Assembly: GCA_907165135.1 (NCBI GenBank)
Contig: OU015567.1
Location: forward strand, 14,260,001 to 14,324,000
From: Oikopleura dioica
Lineage: Eukaryota; Animalia; Chordata
Direction: 5' to 3'
DNA length: 64,000 nucleotides
Part shown: positions 15,001 through 28,677 of the stretch, one piece after another
How positions within the stretch are numbered: position 1 is the first letter of the stretch
Layout: every line of letters begins with the position of its first letter
Translations under genes and position numbers: made by a program
The notes under the pieces: generated by a model
Database searches by the model: none
What the model saw: only the letters and a program-made list of their open reading frames with translations
Told to the model about the DNA's origin: nothing

Positions 15001-17451
15001 GCCACGATGTTCAAGCTTGGAGCCCTTTCGCCAAGACAGTATTTGGACCGAATCATTCAATTTTGCATAGACTTGTGGGTATCACTACTGGCCAATCCAG
15101 CCCAAACTGGGCCGAACAAGGGCGACGAGCTAGTTCAGGAATTCGCGGAAACGATTCCAATCATCGTTAATAACTTCAACAGCCACCCGTTCAACTCCCT
15201 TTCTGAAGAAACTCGTTCTAAAGTTCACGGTAAAGACTTATTTTCAAAGGCCATTTTTAATCACTCTTTTCAAGAGTTCAAAACGAGATATCTCGACGCT
15301 GAAAACACTCGCTTCAAAATCCAAATGTCCAACGGCAATACTGCCCAACAAATGATGCAATCTGGCATGTCCGAAGCCAAGAAAGACCTTCGCCAAGCAG
15401 GCGCTGAATTCAAAAATAATACTGCTCGACAACTGCTGGAACAGTGGGTCAAAATTTTCTCAGGAAGAGATGCCGGCCGAGACTCGACCAGAGGCTTCTC
15501 GGCTTATGTTGCGATTCTCAACGAAGCGCACATTTTGAAGACCGACGAGTGCATCAAAAGGTACGTCTTGCCATTAAAAAGCTTTTCTAATCCGATATTT
15601 TTATAGATTTATCCGCTGCTGTACAGAAATTTGTGTTGATGTCCCCTCTAACCTCGACGATATGAAAATGCGACTCAATGTCTATCAACAAATTGATGCA
15701 TTTGTTAGGCTCGTTTGCCTTCTTATCAAGCATTCCGGCGATACAACTAACCCTGGTAACACTGCGCTTCCCTTGTTCCGGCTTTGATTTTTTCGTTCAG
15801 GCACGAAAGTTAATTTGTTGAACCAGGTTCTTGGAATTGTTATCGGTGTTTGCCTCGAGCATCAGCAGCAGCGTGGAAAGGACTTTGATCAGATGCCCTT
15901 CCAGCGTATTTTCATCATGCTCTTCTACGAGCTCTGTGCTCCTGAGGAAGTTCTTGTCTCTATCAACTGGCACACTCTTCAAGCCTTCACCCAAGCTTAC
16001 CATCACCTTCGACCAGCGAAAGGTAAAAAGTGAACCCGATTACCAGCTCTATACTTTACCATTAGCGCCTGGTTTCGTTTTCGCTTGGATCGAGCTCATC
16101 GGATACCGAACATATGTCAGCAGAATGATGAGCCACACGCCAGAGAAGAAGGGATGGCCCATGTACGCCCAGGTAATACCAAAAACTCTTAATGACTCTT
16201 CTATTCAACCGCTTCTTTAGCTTCTGTCTGACATGATCAAGTTCATGGCGCCTCATCTTAGAAATCCAAGCACGATGAGCCCCGCCTTCAAGCAGCTCTA
16301 CGACGGCATGCTCCGCCTCCTCTTGGTGCTCTTCCATGATTATCCACAGTTCCTTCTTTCTTATCATTACGGTAAGATCGTAGAATTACTTCTGTAATTG
16401 ACCCAAACTTGTTCAGCTTTCTGTGATATTGTGCCGCCAAACTGCATCCAGCTTAGGAACCTTATCTTATCGGCGTATCCCAAACATATTGCTGATGATC
16501 CGCAGTACAATACTCAGAAGCTTATCTTGGATAATGATGTTCACGAGAAGCTCAAGCTCATGGGAGACATGTACCGAGCTCCATCAATTCTTACGAAATA
16601 CGAGGTTCGTAAGAAAATCAAAAGGCCCTTCTTAATTTCCTTAGAACTCGATCAAACCAGACGACTTCAAGCAGAAACTCGAGAGCTATCTCAAGGACCG
16701 CCAAAACACCGAGTTCCTCACTCTTGATCTCGTCAACTACCTGATGAAGACCAAGGAAGACCAAAGAACAACTGGCACCAAGTGGAACACCCTGGTCATC
16801 AACGCCGTTGTCATCTTTGTTGGTGAGCAAGCGATCGCTCAAATACTCGGAAAGGTACAATAAATTGCATTAAAACTGACTATCAATGTTCTTCTTTAGC
16901 AACAAGCGCCAAATCCGGACACTGTTGCCCACAACTCATTCATGGATATCTACCAGGTATTGCATCAATTCGTTTGGCTTGGGATCTAAAGCAATATTCT
17001 AGAGCCTCGCAGTCAGCTTGGACACCGAAGGTCGATACATGTTCCTGAACGCGATCGCTAACCAGCTTCGATACCCCAACGTTCATACATGGTACTTTAT
17101 GGAAGTTATTCTCCATCTTTTCGCTGAGTCTGGCGCTACCGTTCGCGAGCAGATATCTCGGTAAGATCAATCAGCTTGATAGTCGTCTAATTCAATTTAG
17201 TGTTATGCTTGAGCGAGTGCTGCTACAGGCCCCTCATCCGTGGGGTACGCTTGTCACGTGCCTTTTGATGATGAAGAGAAAGGACTTCTGGGAGGCCGAG
17301 TTTGTCAACTCTCATCCAAACGTAAGGCGAAGAATATTAGCCTTTTTTGACCTGATAAATTCAGATTCGAAAGCAACTGGAACTTTTCTACGAAAAAGCT
17401 CTCCGCCAGGGTGTTGCCTACCAAAAAGCCCCGCCACTTTCGGAAGCTTAA
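9032..17451 (+). CDS. CNOT1: CCR4-NOT transcription complex subunit 1 (scaffold), multi-exon; 5' end and the 12.3-12.6 kb junction uncertain
   Basis: [26 protein letters not shown] (N-term), [26 protein letters not shown]4G ([41 protein letters not shown]), DUF3819 ([13 protein letters not shown]) and NOT1 C-terminus ([49 protein letters not shown]). Stop TAA at 17449-17451. Confidence 0.93.
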
Positions 17452-17976
17452 GAGAATCATCCTGCCAGAGTTCGACTTTCTGAATGAAAGATCAACTTCC
17501 CCTTTTCTATAAATATATTTCGCCCCTTTTTCGTTACCTAAATGTGAAAAAACCCCACCTAGAACAAATTTATAAATTTATTTTTCAATTCAATAGTCAT
17601 TTATTAAGTAAATATACAACATATAAAAATAGTAACTACTGCTTCAAGCTCAAGCCTTTTTTGCTTAATCGAGGTGTAAAGTGCATTTTCCGCAATTATT
17701 GCTTTCTTTTCAAAAACCAACTCCCAGGCGCCGTGGTGGTAGTAGTTATGTACAGAAATCGTCCCTCTCTGTACCTTTGCGATTACCAAACTGCCCTTAA
17801 ATCTCTACACTGATATCTGCCACAAATTTTCTTTCTCTCTACTGTTCTCTACATGTCCATTTGAAGTTCACCTGCGGTGCACTGCCCGCACAACTCAATA
17901 CATGAATCAAAAAACATAAAAAACGCGCACCTTGTAAAATTGTCTCCTCTTTACATGTCAGTTTAGCCGGACTCGG

Positions 17977-20900
17977 ATGGGCTTCCGAGAGTTACTCGGT
18001 AATGAGGAGCGAGAGATCTCACATTTGAAAGGCATCGGCATTTTAGCAGGGCAGGGTGGTTATTTCTATAGCGAAAAGTTTAAAATAAATTGCATCAAGA
18101 GAAAGATAAAACGTAATTTCTCTGGAGTCGGACCATTTACGAAAACGGACCAAATTGTAGCAGTCATAATTCTGGCAGTCGACTGTAAGCATTTTTCATT
18201 TGAAAGAATGATGATGGAAATGCTATGAGGGAAACTTCCTCTCTGAATATCAGTTTTCCTTGTGTCTTAATTTCAGCCAAGGTTCCAGTGTTGTTTTTTT
18301 AACGAAAGAAAATTCCCTTTGGCTAGCAAACTCAGTTTTATTCTATATCGTGTCAAGTAAGAATATTCGATGACTTTTTAAATGAATAATTGTCGAAAAT
18401 TGAGGTCTAGTTAGAATGATTTCTTACCACCCTGTCAACAGAGCAGGCACTTACAGCTAAACAAATTGATGCGGCACCGGCTTCCACCTTCGTCCAGCTG
18501 GCGGCTTCCTCGAGCAGGTGCGTTCAACTCTGGAGGAGTCGCAATGAGAGCAAAGTTGGAATTGAGCTACTGAAAGTTAGTAACCCAACGTTGGTCGTTG
18601 ATTTATTCATTTGGAATTGGTAGATTTGCGAGCAGTTCGCGGATTTCAGTGTTGGTGACAACCAAATGATCGACTGTGTCCTTTCCGCATGCATAAACAG
18701 CCGAAGTAGGAAGTGCTACCTTTGCAGAATGAAAGACAAACGAAATCGAAAGCACAACTCGCCTTGGAACTCGCGATTTGATCATTCCCCTCAATGTCAG
18801 GTGAGCAATCGCTCAGGCTATCAAGACTTTTTCCCCAAAAATTGAAAGAATCGCAGAAGAAGCTAGTCAAACGATTTAGAGCTGGGCATCATCGATAATC
18901 GCACACCGAGCCCTGTCGCGTGTCCATAGTCCTGATTACTTGGATTCGTGTCGCCGGTAACAATCACAGTCACAATTACCAAACAAAAATGTTCTCGTGA
19001 AAAAATTTCAAATTGAAACTTTTCATGGCATGAAAAATTATCCTCCTTCATTTACCATTCAAATCACTTCGAAAAGAATGTATTTTATTGCTTTCTGTTA
19101 TTTGGACTTATCTTGCTTCAAGAGCTCTCAAGTTGGCGGCGGAAATTTTTGCAGATCAATCACGCGAATGTCTTTCAATAATAGGTAGTTTAGTTCACTT
19201 TGTTGCCAAACTTTTAAATTATGATCAGGCGGAGATGTGTTGCCAGAAGAAATTTGCCAAAAAATCGTTCGCATGGCAATCTTCAGCGATAAAGAAACCC
19301 TTCGAAATGAGCAGTTGAAAAAGCTCGGAGTAGCAGTTTACTTGATCTACGAATCCCTTCTTCGAATGCTTGCTGGTGATATCTCCGAAGCATCCTGCTG
19401 GTCGCCGCTTTCCTTCATCTCCCGTCTTCACTTGCTGAACGAGGCGATTGACGAGTATTGCTTTACGAGAAATGAAAAGCCGTCTTATAAGCTTCTTCAT
19501 CCGTTGCCGGGGTCGTACTTGATCACTTGTCCTTATGCGTGGCCTTGGGTTCCGCTCAGAAGAGGTACTCTTTGAAAACCTTCATGTTGCTTCTTTTTAC
19601 GTTTTTATAAAGGAAAAGAGCTGGTGCTCCAAAATGTAGAAACAATGAACTCAATCCTGCTCCAGACATCTTCCACTGGCTTCGTATCATTCTGCGTCAC
19701 CGACAATTTCGTCGTGACGATCGAGACGCAAAGTAGGCGGCTTACTAAATATTTCGAGACGCTGTCTGTCTCTGACTCAGGAAAAGTTAACAAATGCCAG
19801 ACAAAATTAATGATTTTCTCCTTCATTTGCTAATTTTGGGAAGGATTGAATGATACAGATGGAAATTCGACGTCATCAAGCGACGTCGCGGAGAGAGTTT
19901 CCCTTCTCAACGTTTTCTCCATTTCTACTGGACAGTTTCTTTATCCGATTGCCTTGAATGAGCTCGATTACGATTATGACTCAGGCGAGATTTCTGAAAA
20001 AGTCGATTCGTTTTGAGTATTTCAAATTCAGATGACGAGCCTGTCCGTCTATTCCACAATCAAAAGAACGAAATCCTCGTCGTCATCGAGCGAGAAAACA
20101 GTCTCATACCGGTAACTACCGATTCTCTCTTGATCAGCCCTTCTGATAAAAATGTTTCTTTAGTCCATTCATCAAGAAAAAGGCGTAATTTCTCTCGTAA
20201 TCCGCGACGAAAAAAGCAAATCAAAGGCTTCATTGCTCGACAAGGAGTTTGGACAAGGAAGCTTGCTGGAATTCCTGAACAACGAGAAAGCCAGCTTGTC
20301 CATTTGGCATCCAGTTTGTACGCAAGGCGGTCCCTTGAGAAGGAAAGAGGTGAGTAGAGTGGAAAGTAAAAAGTATTGATCGGTGCTAGGAGTGTCACGA
20401 TTTCAGCACGTTGAAGGATAAACCGACTAGTGTAGTTTCACCCATCGACTCTGAGACGGTACAAATCAAGTGCAAGACCGGTTACGTAACGCGGGCCGTC
20501 TCTCCGCGAATCAAGCCCAGGTCTTACCGACAGTACCGCTCATCCCTCTCCACTTCTCGCTTCTACACCATCAACGAGCTTGTTTCGCATTTCTGTGAAA
20601 TCTCTCATGCAGGAAGACTTCTAAGAGTGAGGTTAGCAAGTTTGTCTTCCAAAAGAAAAACAACCGTTTTTAGCTTGGCTGACGGAACGTTACTACTAGA
20701 GCTAAATGCTGACGCCCTACTGTACTGGGAAAAGCATGACTCGAGAATTTTAGCAGCAGATTGCTGCTGGCCAAAGATTTTAATCGTCATCGAGTATGAA
20801 GAGAGCATTTGGGTACGTAAATTGACAAATGTGTTATTGGGAAAATTCTTATGATAATTCAAATTTGGCCATCCTTTGTTTTAATAATCAGAAATAATCT

Positions 20901-21690
20901 GAAATCATTATCAGACTCTGACATCAACCAGCACTGAGGCACCTTATACATCATTGTTGGAATTTTTTATAGGAAAAAATAGAATTTTGGTTTAAAAAGA
21001 AGCAATTATAGCACTGATCTCCAAAATCCTGTTTTACGACGGCTTCTCCAAAGATTTTTTTAATAATTTTCTTTTTAGGCTATCGATACAGAAGAAACTA
21101 TCGCCTTCCAAACAGTTCTTATAGCATCCATCGAGTCCGGCTCCTTGTGCGATATCAAAGGTAAGACTTAAAAACAGCAATATTTTTAATGAGGCCATTT
21201 GTCATTTTTCATATAGAATCAGTGTAGACCGCCAAATAATTACTTTCGGTTTCGAAGTGACAAAAGTATTCGCTTGTTTGGCATGGCGGATTTCTTGTTT
21301 AGATTGAAATTGTTTGAAGGAAAGTGTGAACTCAGGATCGCCGCATTGTAAGAGCCGAATGTTCGGAAAAATTGGCCCAGCCCATTTTTTTCTGAAAAAC
21401 GAACCTATGAAAATGAACCTGTGAAAGACCGTTTTTTGAAGAGAACCTATCATTTTTCTAGTGTTGGAAGTGAGCCGAAGCGACCCGCAGGAAGTCTGCA
21501 AAGAATGCGAAAGTCTGGACAAGCTTGTGCCCAACCGTGTGCCTGAAAGTGGCCCGCTTGTTTCTCAACTTCCAATTCGATTAAGGTACCTCTCTTATTT
21601 ATTTTCTCAAGGTAAAAATAATCGACTTTTAGTAATGATCGTGCTACAGTTGTATACTCGGACAATACGATTTCGATTCATCGGCTATGA
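17977..21690 (+). CDS. Diverged multi-exon gene, NWD1/NWD2-like helical region followed by beta-propeller-like repeats; boundaries approximate
   Basis: A chain of ORFs bounded by GT/AG sites. LASRALKLAAEIFADQSRECLSIIGSL and LLHPLPGSYL resemble the post-NACHT segment of NWD proteins; later exons are beta-strand rich (SFCVTDNFVVTIE, TVVYSDNTISIHRL*). The exon chain was not fully resolved. Confidence 0.35.
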
Positions 21691-21973
21691 ATCATCAAAT
21701 TGCAAATTTCATTTTCCATTTTTCAGTTTCAAATTTTGTTCAGTCAAATTTTTGTCATGAGTAAATCCGTTTCGTGTTTGTTTTGTTATTTTTTTATGTT
21801 TTATTCTCTAAAACCTCAAAAATGTCCCGAAATCTCAAGCTTCTTTCTTATTTTCTTGTTTTCTGTTTATTTATTTCTTGCTTGCGCATTTTACACCAAT
21901 TCTATTCTATATTTTTCTTTTTACAAAAAAAAAAGTTCTACCGGTATTTTATGTTTTCTTAGAAACAGATAGA

Positions 21974-24045
21974 ATGGCGGATTTATTAGGTGGTGATGTT
22001 TTCGGTGACCCGAATAAGGTTCAACCCGCTGCTAGCTCGACCGAGTCTTCTGATGTCTTTGCCTCGGCTGTTTCTACCCAAGAGGCAGCCTCTGCACCCG
22101 TTCCTGTCCCTGTCCCAGGTAAGCCGTTCAGAACCAGTTAGGAGGCTATTTTACTTTTTAAGTGGTGACCCCCGTCCCCTCCGCAGTAACCCCCGCCGCC
22201 CCAGTGCCAAAATCCCCTCCCAAACAATCCATCGACCTTTTCGCCGACGAGTCTCCAGCCAAAGCTCCCGCCCCAACGATTCAACCCTCGAACGGTGTCG
22301 CCAGCGCCCCGTCCGGCACCGTCAACGACATCAAGATCATCATCAGCGATCCTCGAAAAGCGGGCGATGGAATTGGCGCCTTCATCGTTTTTACCGTCAA
22401 AACTGAGACGAGCCGAAGTGGCTGGGGAGGAAAAGTGTTTGAAGTTAACAGAAGATTTTCCGACTTTCTCGGCTTGTATGAAAAGCTAGCTGGGCGATAT
22501 CAACACAAGGGATACTTCATCTTCCCAGCGCCTGAGAAATCGATCTCCTCATTCACTAAAGGTTCATTTTCTTGCTGAAAATTTGTTGCTAAAGCTATTC
22601 TAGTGAAAATCGGAAATGAAGACGACATGTTTGTCCAGCGCAGGCAGCAGCAGCTCCAACGATGGATCAACAACATCGCCAAACACGCAGCGCTGACGAG
22701 AGATATCGACTTCCAGGGATTCCTCACTCAGGATACCATCGCGCCATCAACTAGGTAAACAAATAAAAATGCCTGTTAAAATAGAAGTTTCCTTTTTTAA
22801 ATCCTTGTTTCTATAATTTTGCTTCTAGCACTCGGGCTTTGAGTGCCGCTGGAATGCTCCGTCTTGTCGGAAAAGTCGAGAATGTGATTACAAAGCAGGT
22901 CACTCAGAAGATGCCAGAAACTGACTCTTGGTTCGAAGATCGATCTGCTTCCGTTGAAAACCTTCAGGTACCCCCTTACTTGTTATCGTTGTCAAACACT
23001 TTTGCAGGCGCAGCTGAAGCGATTGTCGATGGCTTCCGGCAATCTGTCGGTTCACAGGCGCGAGCTTGGCCTGTCATCAGGCAACCTTGCTCGAGCTAGC
23101 AACATGCTCGCCAATGCAGAAGACAAACAAGACCTTTCAAGGAGGCTCGCAAATGTAGGAACGATCTACGAAAACCTGGGAGAAATCTACACCGACTTGT
23201 CGGACAAAGACCTCTACGACTTTAGCGAGCTTCTCTCCGACCAGGTCATTACTTTTTCTATTTTTGGTGTTTTACGCCGAACTTAGGTACGCGGCCTCGA
23301 TGGAATTAAAAATATCCTCGAAGCGCGCCAGAAAATGTGGCAAAATTGGCAATCGTCTGAGCAGGGTCTCATGAAGAAGCGCGACGCGGTCACAAGGGTA
23401 ATCCAACGGATTTGCGTTCGTTCTCAAACAAGTTCTTAATTCAGCTCCAAGCTACTGGCAGGACGGAGAAGATCCCCGGCGCAGAGCTCGAAATTAAAGG
23501 TAGACAAGCTTGATTAGAGCATTTAAATTTAATATAGTGCTCAAAAACCTGTGTAAAAACCTGAGTCAGGAATCCGGAAGAACCTCAATCGGGTTCTTTT
23601 AGGACCCTGACTCAGGTTTTATTCACAGGTTACTGGGCCAGAGTTAAAGACAATAGATTCATAATAATATACATTCAAAATTGAATAAAAATAATTAATC
23701 GTTTTGACTAACGATTAAATAAAGAGTGGGAAACAAAAGCAGCAACGGCGAAAAAGGGCTTTGAAGACATGAGCGCCGTGGCGAAGAAGGAAATAAATAC
23801 GTGGGAAACGCAGCGTGTAGCGGTAAGTAAAATGCACAGCTTTCCTGTTGGATTTGTTTCAACACTCGTAATAATTATTGACTATAAATTTCGATCCGTG
23901 GTCCACAACATGCGGAAACCTCAATCGCGCTTTTCAGGAAACAAAGATGTTCATTCTCAAATGGATGAAGCACATGCTCGAGGCAGAAAAGAAAGTCGTC
24001 GCAATGTGGGAAAAATACCTGCCGAAGACCCAGAATGTCAAATAA
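21974..24045 (+). CDS. SNX1: Sorting nexin 1/2 (PX + BAR, retromer-associated)
   Basis: PX domain IIISDPRKAGDGIGAFIVFTV..VNRRFSDFLGLYEKL..PAPEKS; BAR domain RALSAAGMLRLV..WFEDRS..ELLSDQVRGLDGIKNIL; end MWEKYLPKTQNVK*. SNX1 versus SNX2 cannot be resolved. Confidence 0.92.
23535..23641. mobile_element. MITE copy inside an SNX intron
   Basis: Left AAACCTGTGTAAAAACCTGAGTCAGG and right CCTGACTCAGGTTTTATTCACAGGTT form inverted repeats matching the 24598 element; termini are degenerate. Confidence 0.75.
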
Positions 24046-24597
24046 TTCTAGCTCCTCCGGCCTCTCCTTTCGTCCCCTTCGTTAAAATTAAAAATCAAAA
24101 TGCCAATCCTTAAAAACCCTTCTTTTCACTCATCATCCCTTCCTAAAAACTCAATATTTTTTCTCAAAATATTTAACGAAAAAAGTATCTAACATCATAA
24201 TCAAGTTCACTGTAAAAATGACCAAACTCGTACTTTTATTTTCTTCTGTAAATAGACCAACATTATTATTTTGATATTACGGAAATAAATTTATCAACAC
24301 TGCTATTCTATCAATTCAAAAACGAAACAACAAGCCTTAGCTACGATTGTAACAATTGTTAATAGGCGCATTTTTTTTTATTTCAATTCAATTTTTCAAG
24401 TTTTCAAACTTTCAAGTCCTACTTTCTTCTTATACAGAAAATAACTGCTTCCAGTTCATCGATATAAAATATTCCTACTATACTATTATTAACAATTAGT
24501 TCTTCGCCCAATTTACACTAGTTCAAAAGTTAATCTAAGGTGCAATAAACTTATTATTCATCAAACAAACAATGATATGAAAAAGTCCCTTTGGAGG

Positions 24598-24706
24598 CTG
24601 GGCTCGGAAACCTGTGTAGAAAACCTGAGTCAGGGCCTGATTGATCTTTTCATTAAAGATCCTTCAGCCCCTGACACAGGTTTTTAACACAGGTTGCCGA
24701 GCCCAG
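24598..24706. mobile_element. MITE, best-preserved copy: 38-nt terminal inverted repeats and 8-bp TSD TTTGGAGG
   Basis: Left CTGGGCTCGGAAACCTGTGTAGAAAACCTGAGTCAGGG matches the reverse complement of the right end at 34/38 positions. TTTGGAGG is present at both 24590-24597 and 24707-24714. Confidence 0.9.
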
Positions 24707-25790
24707 TTTGGAGGGTCTTCTTTATATCTCTGAGTTCCAAGGCTAAGGGCGCAAATTTTCAGAAAAAGTGCTGTATAAAATTGTTTATGGTAATGATAAG
24801 AAAATGCGGAAGCTCCGCTGCAGGGCACAATATCCAAAAAAAATGAATCGAGCAGGGCAATTTTTGGTTGTAGTTTCTAATTAAGGTTTTACTGTATTTA
24901 TTCATATGGCAATCTGAAAGTCATGTGGATAGCACGATGCATCTAAAATTCCTGATAAACAGGCGCAATTCTAATTGTCACGCGCCTGGGCTAGTGTTTC
25001 CGGTCAGGTGCGTCTAGTAAGAAAAGGGATGAAGGCCGGCAGGTGGAGTCCTCCGCTGGAAAAAAAGGAGAGCGCGGGGTAGCGCGCGATCAACCCGGCG
25101 CGGGATAGGCTCTCTCCTGAATTTATTGGACGCCGACCAAAAAAAGTGCTCCTGATGCCGGTCGGTGTTGGCACCAGTGGCGGCGACTTGTAGTGTTCCA
25201 CCAACTTTGACACTGATACCGTTATCAATCGCTCAAAGCTAGAAATTGAAAATGTGTATCTGCAATTGCTCTTTTTCTATTTTCATGTTTGTTTTTGGCA
25301 TTACATTCAAATGGCGCCGGGTACCTTCCATTTTACGACTTGCCCAAACACTTCTTGGTAATCAAACTTCTTTGAAATTATAACAATTAAATTGTTACTT
25401 ATATTATCGATTTATTTATAACTAAAACTTGATATATTTATGTTTGAAAGTGCTCTCATGTGGAAAAATTCAATAAGATTACAGACCTTTACATAAACTG
25501 CTGTAAAGTTGTCAAGTTTATAGTAAAGCCTCTATATTTCTTTAAAATCATTATTCACTCAGAATAACGATAATATTTGCTTGCCGCAGTAGTAAATTCA
25601 CTACAAGCACTTATCTAGCGTGTATAAATCTACTTTTCAATTGCTTAATTCTTTCGAAATAGACATAAAATAAATCGAACCCAGAAGCTACGTGATTTTC
25701 TTTTTCAGCAGCATCTTACTACAACTACTATCAAAACGTACTACAACTAAAATTGTATTCCAAATCGATTATAAAGCACCGCATAAGAGT

Positions 25791-25908
25791 CTAGGCTCGG
25801 CGATCTGTGTAGAAAATCTGAGTTAGGGTCGGCAGAGCCCTACGCAGCTTCTCATTTAATCTGTTTCAGACCCTGACTCAGGTTTTCTAGACATGTTTCC
25901 GAGCCCAT
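25791..25908. mobile_element. MITE copy
   Basis: CTAGGCTCGGCGATCTGTGTAGAAAATCTGAGTTAGGG ... CCCTGACTCAGGTTTTCTAGACATGTTTCCGAGCCCA; flanks ATAAGAGT/ATAATGAG look like a decayed TSD. Confidence 0.82.
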
Positions 25909-26680
25909 ATAATGAGCAAGTAGAGTCGTGAAGGCGGATTATTTATCAATCCTAAATGTGGCTCAATTTGTCCAGGCCGGTGCCAATGCGCAGTACAAAT
26001 TTGCAGAGACCTGCAGCTCCAGTGACACCACAACGCCACTACTCCCGCTGCCCCCAGTTACGATCCCGACCTCTAACAACGATCCAACAACTGCTGGCCA
26101 AATAGACAATAAATTACTGGTGGAATTATTGGCGCTCACACTTTCCTCTCGAGTGCACATTTCATTTCCCCTGCAATTACGCATATCAATAAGATAACTA
26201 AAGAAATATCAAAGGCCATTTCAATTCAAGAGGATATCCTCATTCTTAGTAACAAATGTTCGATAAGAAACAATTTTCTTATCGAAGACTTTCTAATAAA
26301 GAAAATTGAGTTTCGGACAGACCAGTCCTGTACTCACCAAGAAAGGCTATTGAACGAACTTACCCTCTATCTATTCTGACTTCAGCCAAGTCTTGTCACT
26401 TTCAGGTTATCTTCTGCTTGGTTGAATCTAAGACACCCTTATCTAACTAGTCCGTCCTTGGACATGTTAATTTGAGGGTTTGAAATCAAGAGTCCTTCGT
26501 TTCGATTTTACATTTGGACTTGTCCATAGATAACACCAGCAAAAAAGCCGCTTGGACTTGGTCAGTATTGACTTGTGTATGCATAAACATGTAATTTATT
26601 CATTCAATGATTTTAATTATCAATTAGCAGCCAATACAAGAAGAACAGTCAGTTCTTTCTCTGAGCGTAAAAGTTCGAAC

Positions 26681-26810
26681 CCGGGCTCGGAAACCAGTCT
26701 AGAAAACTGAGTAAGGAATACAAAAGTGCTTTCATAAAAGCAGCGAGGCTACGCGGCTTTTATGGAAGCACCTCATCCTGGCTCAGGTTTTATAGACAAA
26801 TGCTGAACGG
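26681..26810. mobile_element. MITE copy with internal palindromic core
   Basis: CCGGGCTCGGAAACCAGTCTAGAAAACTGAGTAAGG ... CCTGGCTCAGGTTTTATAGACA; inner inverted repeat ATAAAAGC..CGCGGCTTTTAT. Confidence 0.75.
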
Positions 26811-27269
26811 AGGCTCGAGGGGAGACTAAGGTTATTACCGGTCAATTCAATTACCACCGGTTCAATCCGGGCGAGAAAAGGGTTGACATTTACGCCCGTG
26901 AAATTAATTAGTAAAAACAAATTAAAGCTCTTGGATTTGCAGAACTGTTAATATCGGAAGTCGGATTTTGAACGACCGGGCGGGCGATTGACAGAAAACT
27001 GGGTACATGTGCAATATATCGCACAAGCTCTATAAAAAACTGGTGCTACTCTTTCTGGTGGTGTTAGTGTGGTGAAGTGCGCATGGTGCGCGCATTCTAA
27101 ATCAGCAGCTTAGAAAGACGAGGCCCGCGCGAAATTACTCATCATGACTCATCAAGAATGAATGCCAGTTAGGGTTCGAAAATGGTTCGGGTTAGGGACG
27201 AGTTCGAAAAAGAGGACGATTCGTCTGCAGAATTGGATCTTCGAATCGTCGAAGTAAAAATTAAAGCAC

Positions 27270-27811
27270 CGCCGCTGCGCTAGTGCAGTATTTCGAGTGT
27301 GGTGGTCCATCGCGGGCGCTGATTGGCCCTCGCGCGCCCAAGTGCGGTGCATGTTTGTGTACGCGCTCGCCGGTGTAGTAGGTGTAGTGCGGAGCGGCCT
27401 GAGTGCGTTAGGCGCCTCGCGTGGCCGAAGCCTGGCCTGGGGCAGTGTCTCGCGTTACTCGGTTTTGTTTTTTGCAGTTTTCGAGACTTGTCCGTCGCTG
27501 CTGGCCCCAGCTCTCTTCCCGCCCCAGCTCTCGGTCTCAGCACCCGCGCGTGCCGCCGTCCCGAGCATTATTATTTCTCGTCCGAGGCCGAATTGACACG
27601 TGCGATCGACCTTACCGACGCGCAAAAAAAAAAACTACAACGAAAAATAAAATTTCAAACAAACAAAAATTGAGAGAAAAAAAGAAGAAAGAGATTTTTC
27701 AGAAGAAAAGAAAACTGAGAAAAATGGGAAATAGAGAGAAAGTCGAACGGGAGAAGAGCGATGCAGATTGAGAAGAATTCGCGCTAGAATTCCTACACAA
27801 CCTACTGACAG
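27270..27811 (+). promoter_or_regulatory. CpG-rich island and putative non-coding first exon of the BCL9-like gene
   Basis: GC/CpG-rich 27270-27610 with an inverted CCAAT (GATTGG), followed by a purine-rich stretch ending at a strong donor CAG|GTAAGG (27811/27812); no convincing ORF. Confidence 0.4.
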
Positions 27812-28011
27812 GTAAAGGGCACTCGCCTCGGGGCAAGTTGTATTTCCGCTTTTTCTATTTACGCGCCCGGACGTTCCTTCTCATTGGCTGAGCTTGCTGA
27901 AAAATTCGATAAATTCAGAATCCAATCCTCGACTTTTTCTTTATTTTATTCTTTTCAATTATTGTAATCTCAAATTTTATTGTTCATAATTGTAAATTGA
28001 AGAAATAGTTT

Positions 28012-28090
28012 TGGGCTCAGCAACCTGTATAAAACTCCTGAATCAGGATTCGAAAATGCAAAATAAAAAGCCGCGGAGCGGCTTCGCCAA
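28012..28090. mobile_element. MITE left half with internal core
   Basis: TTGGGCTCAGCAACCTGTATAAAACTCCTGAATCAGG followed by ATAAAAAGCCGCGGAGCGGCTT. Confidence 0.65.
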
Positions 28091-28580
28091 AATTTTAAAT
28101 TAAATTTAGTATAAAAGTAGGTATTAAATTAAAAATAGTAATATTGCGGAACCCAGAAACAGCTGTTCAGCGAATGAGAGAAACAAGAGAGTGAAAACTC
28201 TGGTCGGTTACGCTTAGTTGCGTTTTAGGGTTAACCGAATCTGGAGCAAAAAGGTCTCTGAAGGCGGCGTAAACAGATCGAGGCCTCGATTTTTTGTTTT
28301 TCTATTTTTCGAAAGAGAGAAAATATGGAACAACTTGGCGAATTAGGCGTTTAGTTATTACGAACCCAAATGTCCGAAATGGTCTCCGCGGCGGTCGAAT
28401 CAGAAAAGAAAGACGAGCCGATGAACCTCTCCCAGGTTTCTCCCAAGGCACAACAAGGTTGGGCTCACAATTAATATCTTTATAAATTTATAATTTAACA
28501 AAATTTGATGATTTGTGAATTAAAATTAAACAAAAGTTACGTCAATTTCATAGATTTTTTCAATTGATACTCCGAAGCGT

Positions 28581-28677
28581 CACTCTAAAAACCTGTGTAG
28601 AAATCCTGCGGGTGGGCTTTTCAGTACAGATCTTTCAGATCATGACTTAGGTTTTTTACACAGATTGCCAAGTCTAG
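28581..28677. mobile_element. MITE copy about 80 nt upstream of the BCL9-like ATG
   Basis: AAAACCTGTGTAGAAATCCTG ... CATGACTTAGGTTTTTTACACAGATTGCCAAGTCTAG. Confidence 0.72.

Noticed and set aside
26672-26682. GTTCGAACCC resembling a tRNA T-loop/B-box
   Set aside because: No cloverleaf or A-box; it simply abuts a MITE terminus.
27280-27771. Several 87-116 aa ORFs over the GC-rich island
   Set aside because: Overlapping low-complexity ORFs in multiple frames are typical of CpG-rich promoter/UTR DNA; no domain signal.
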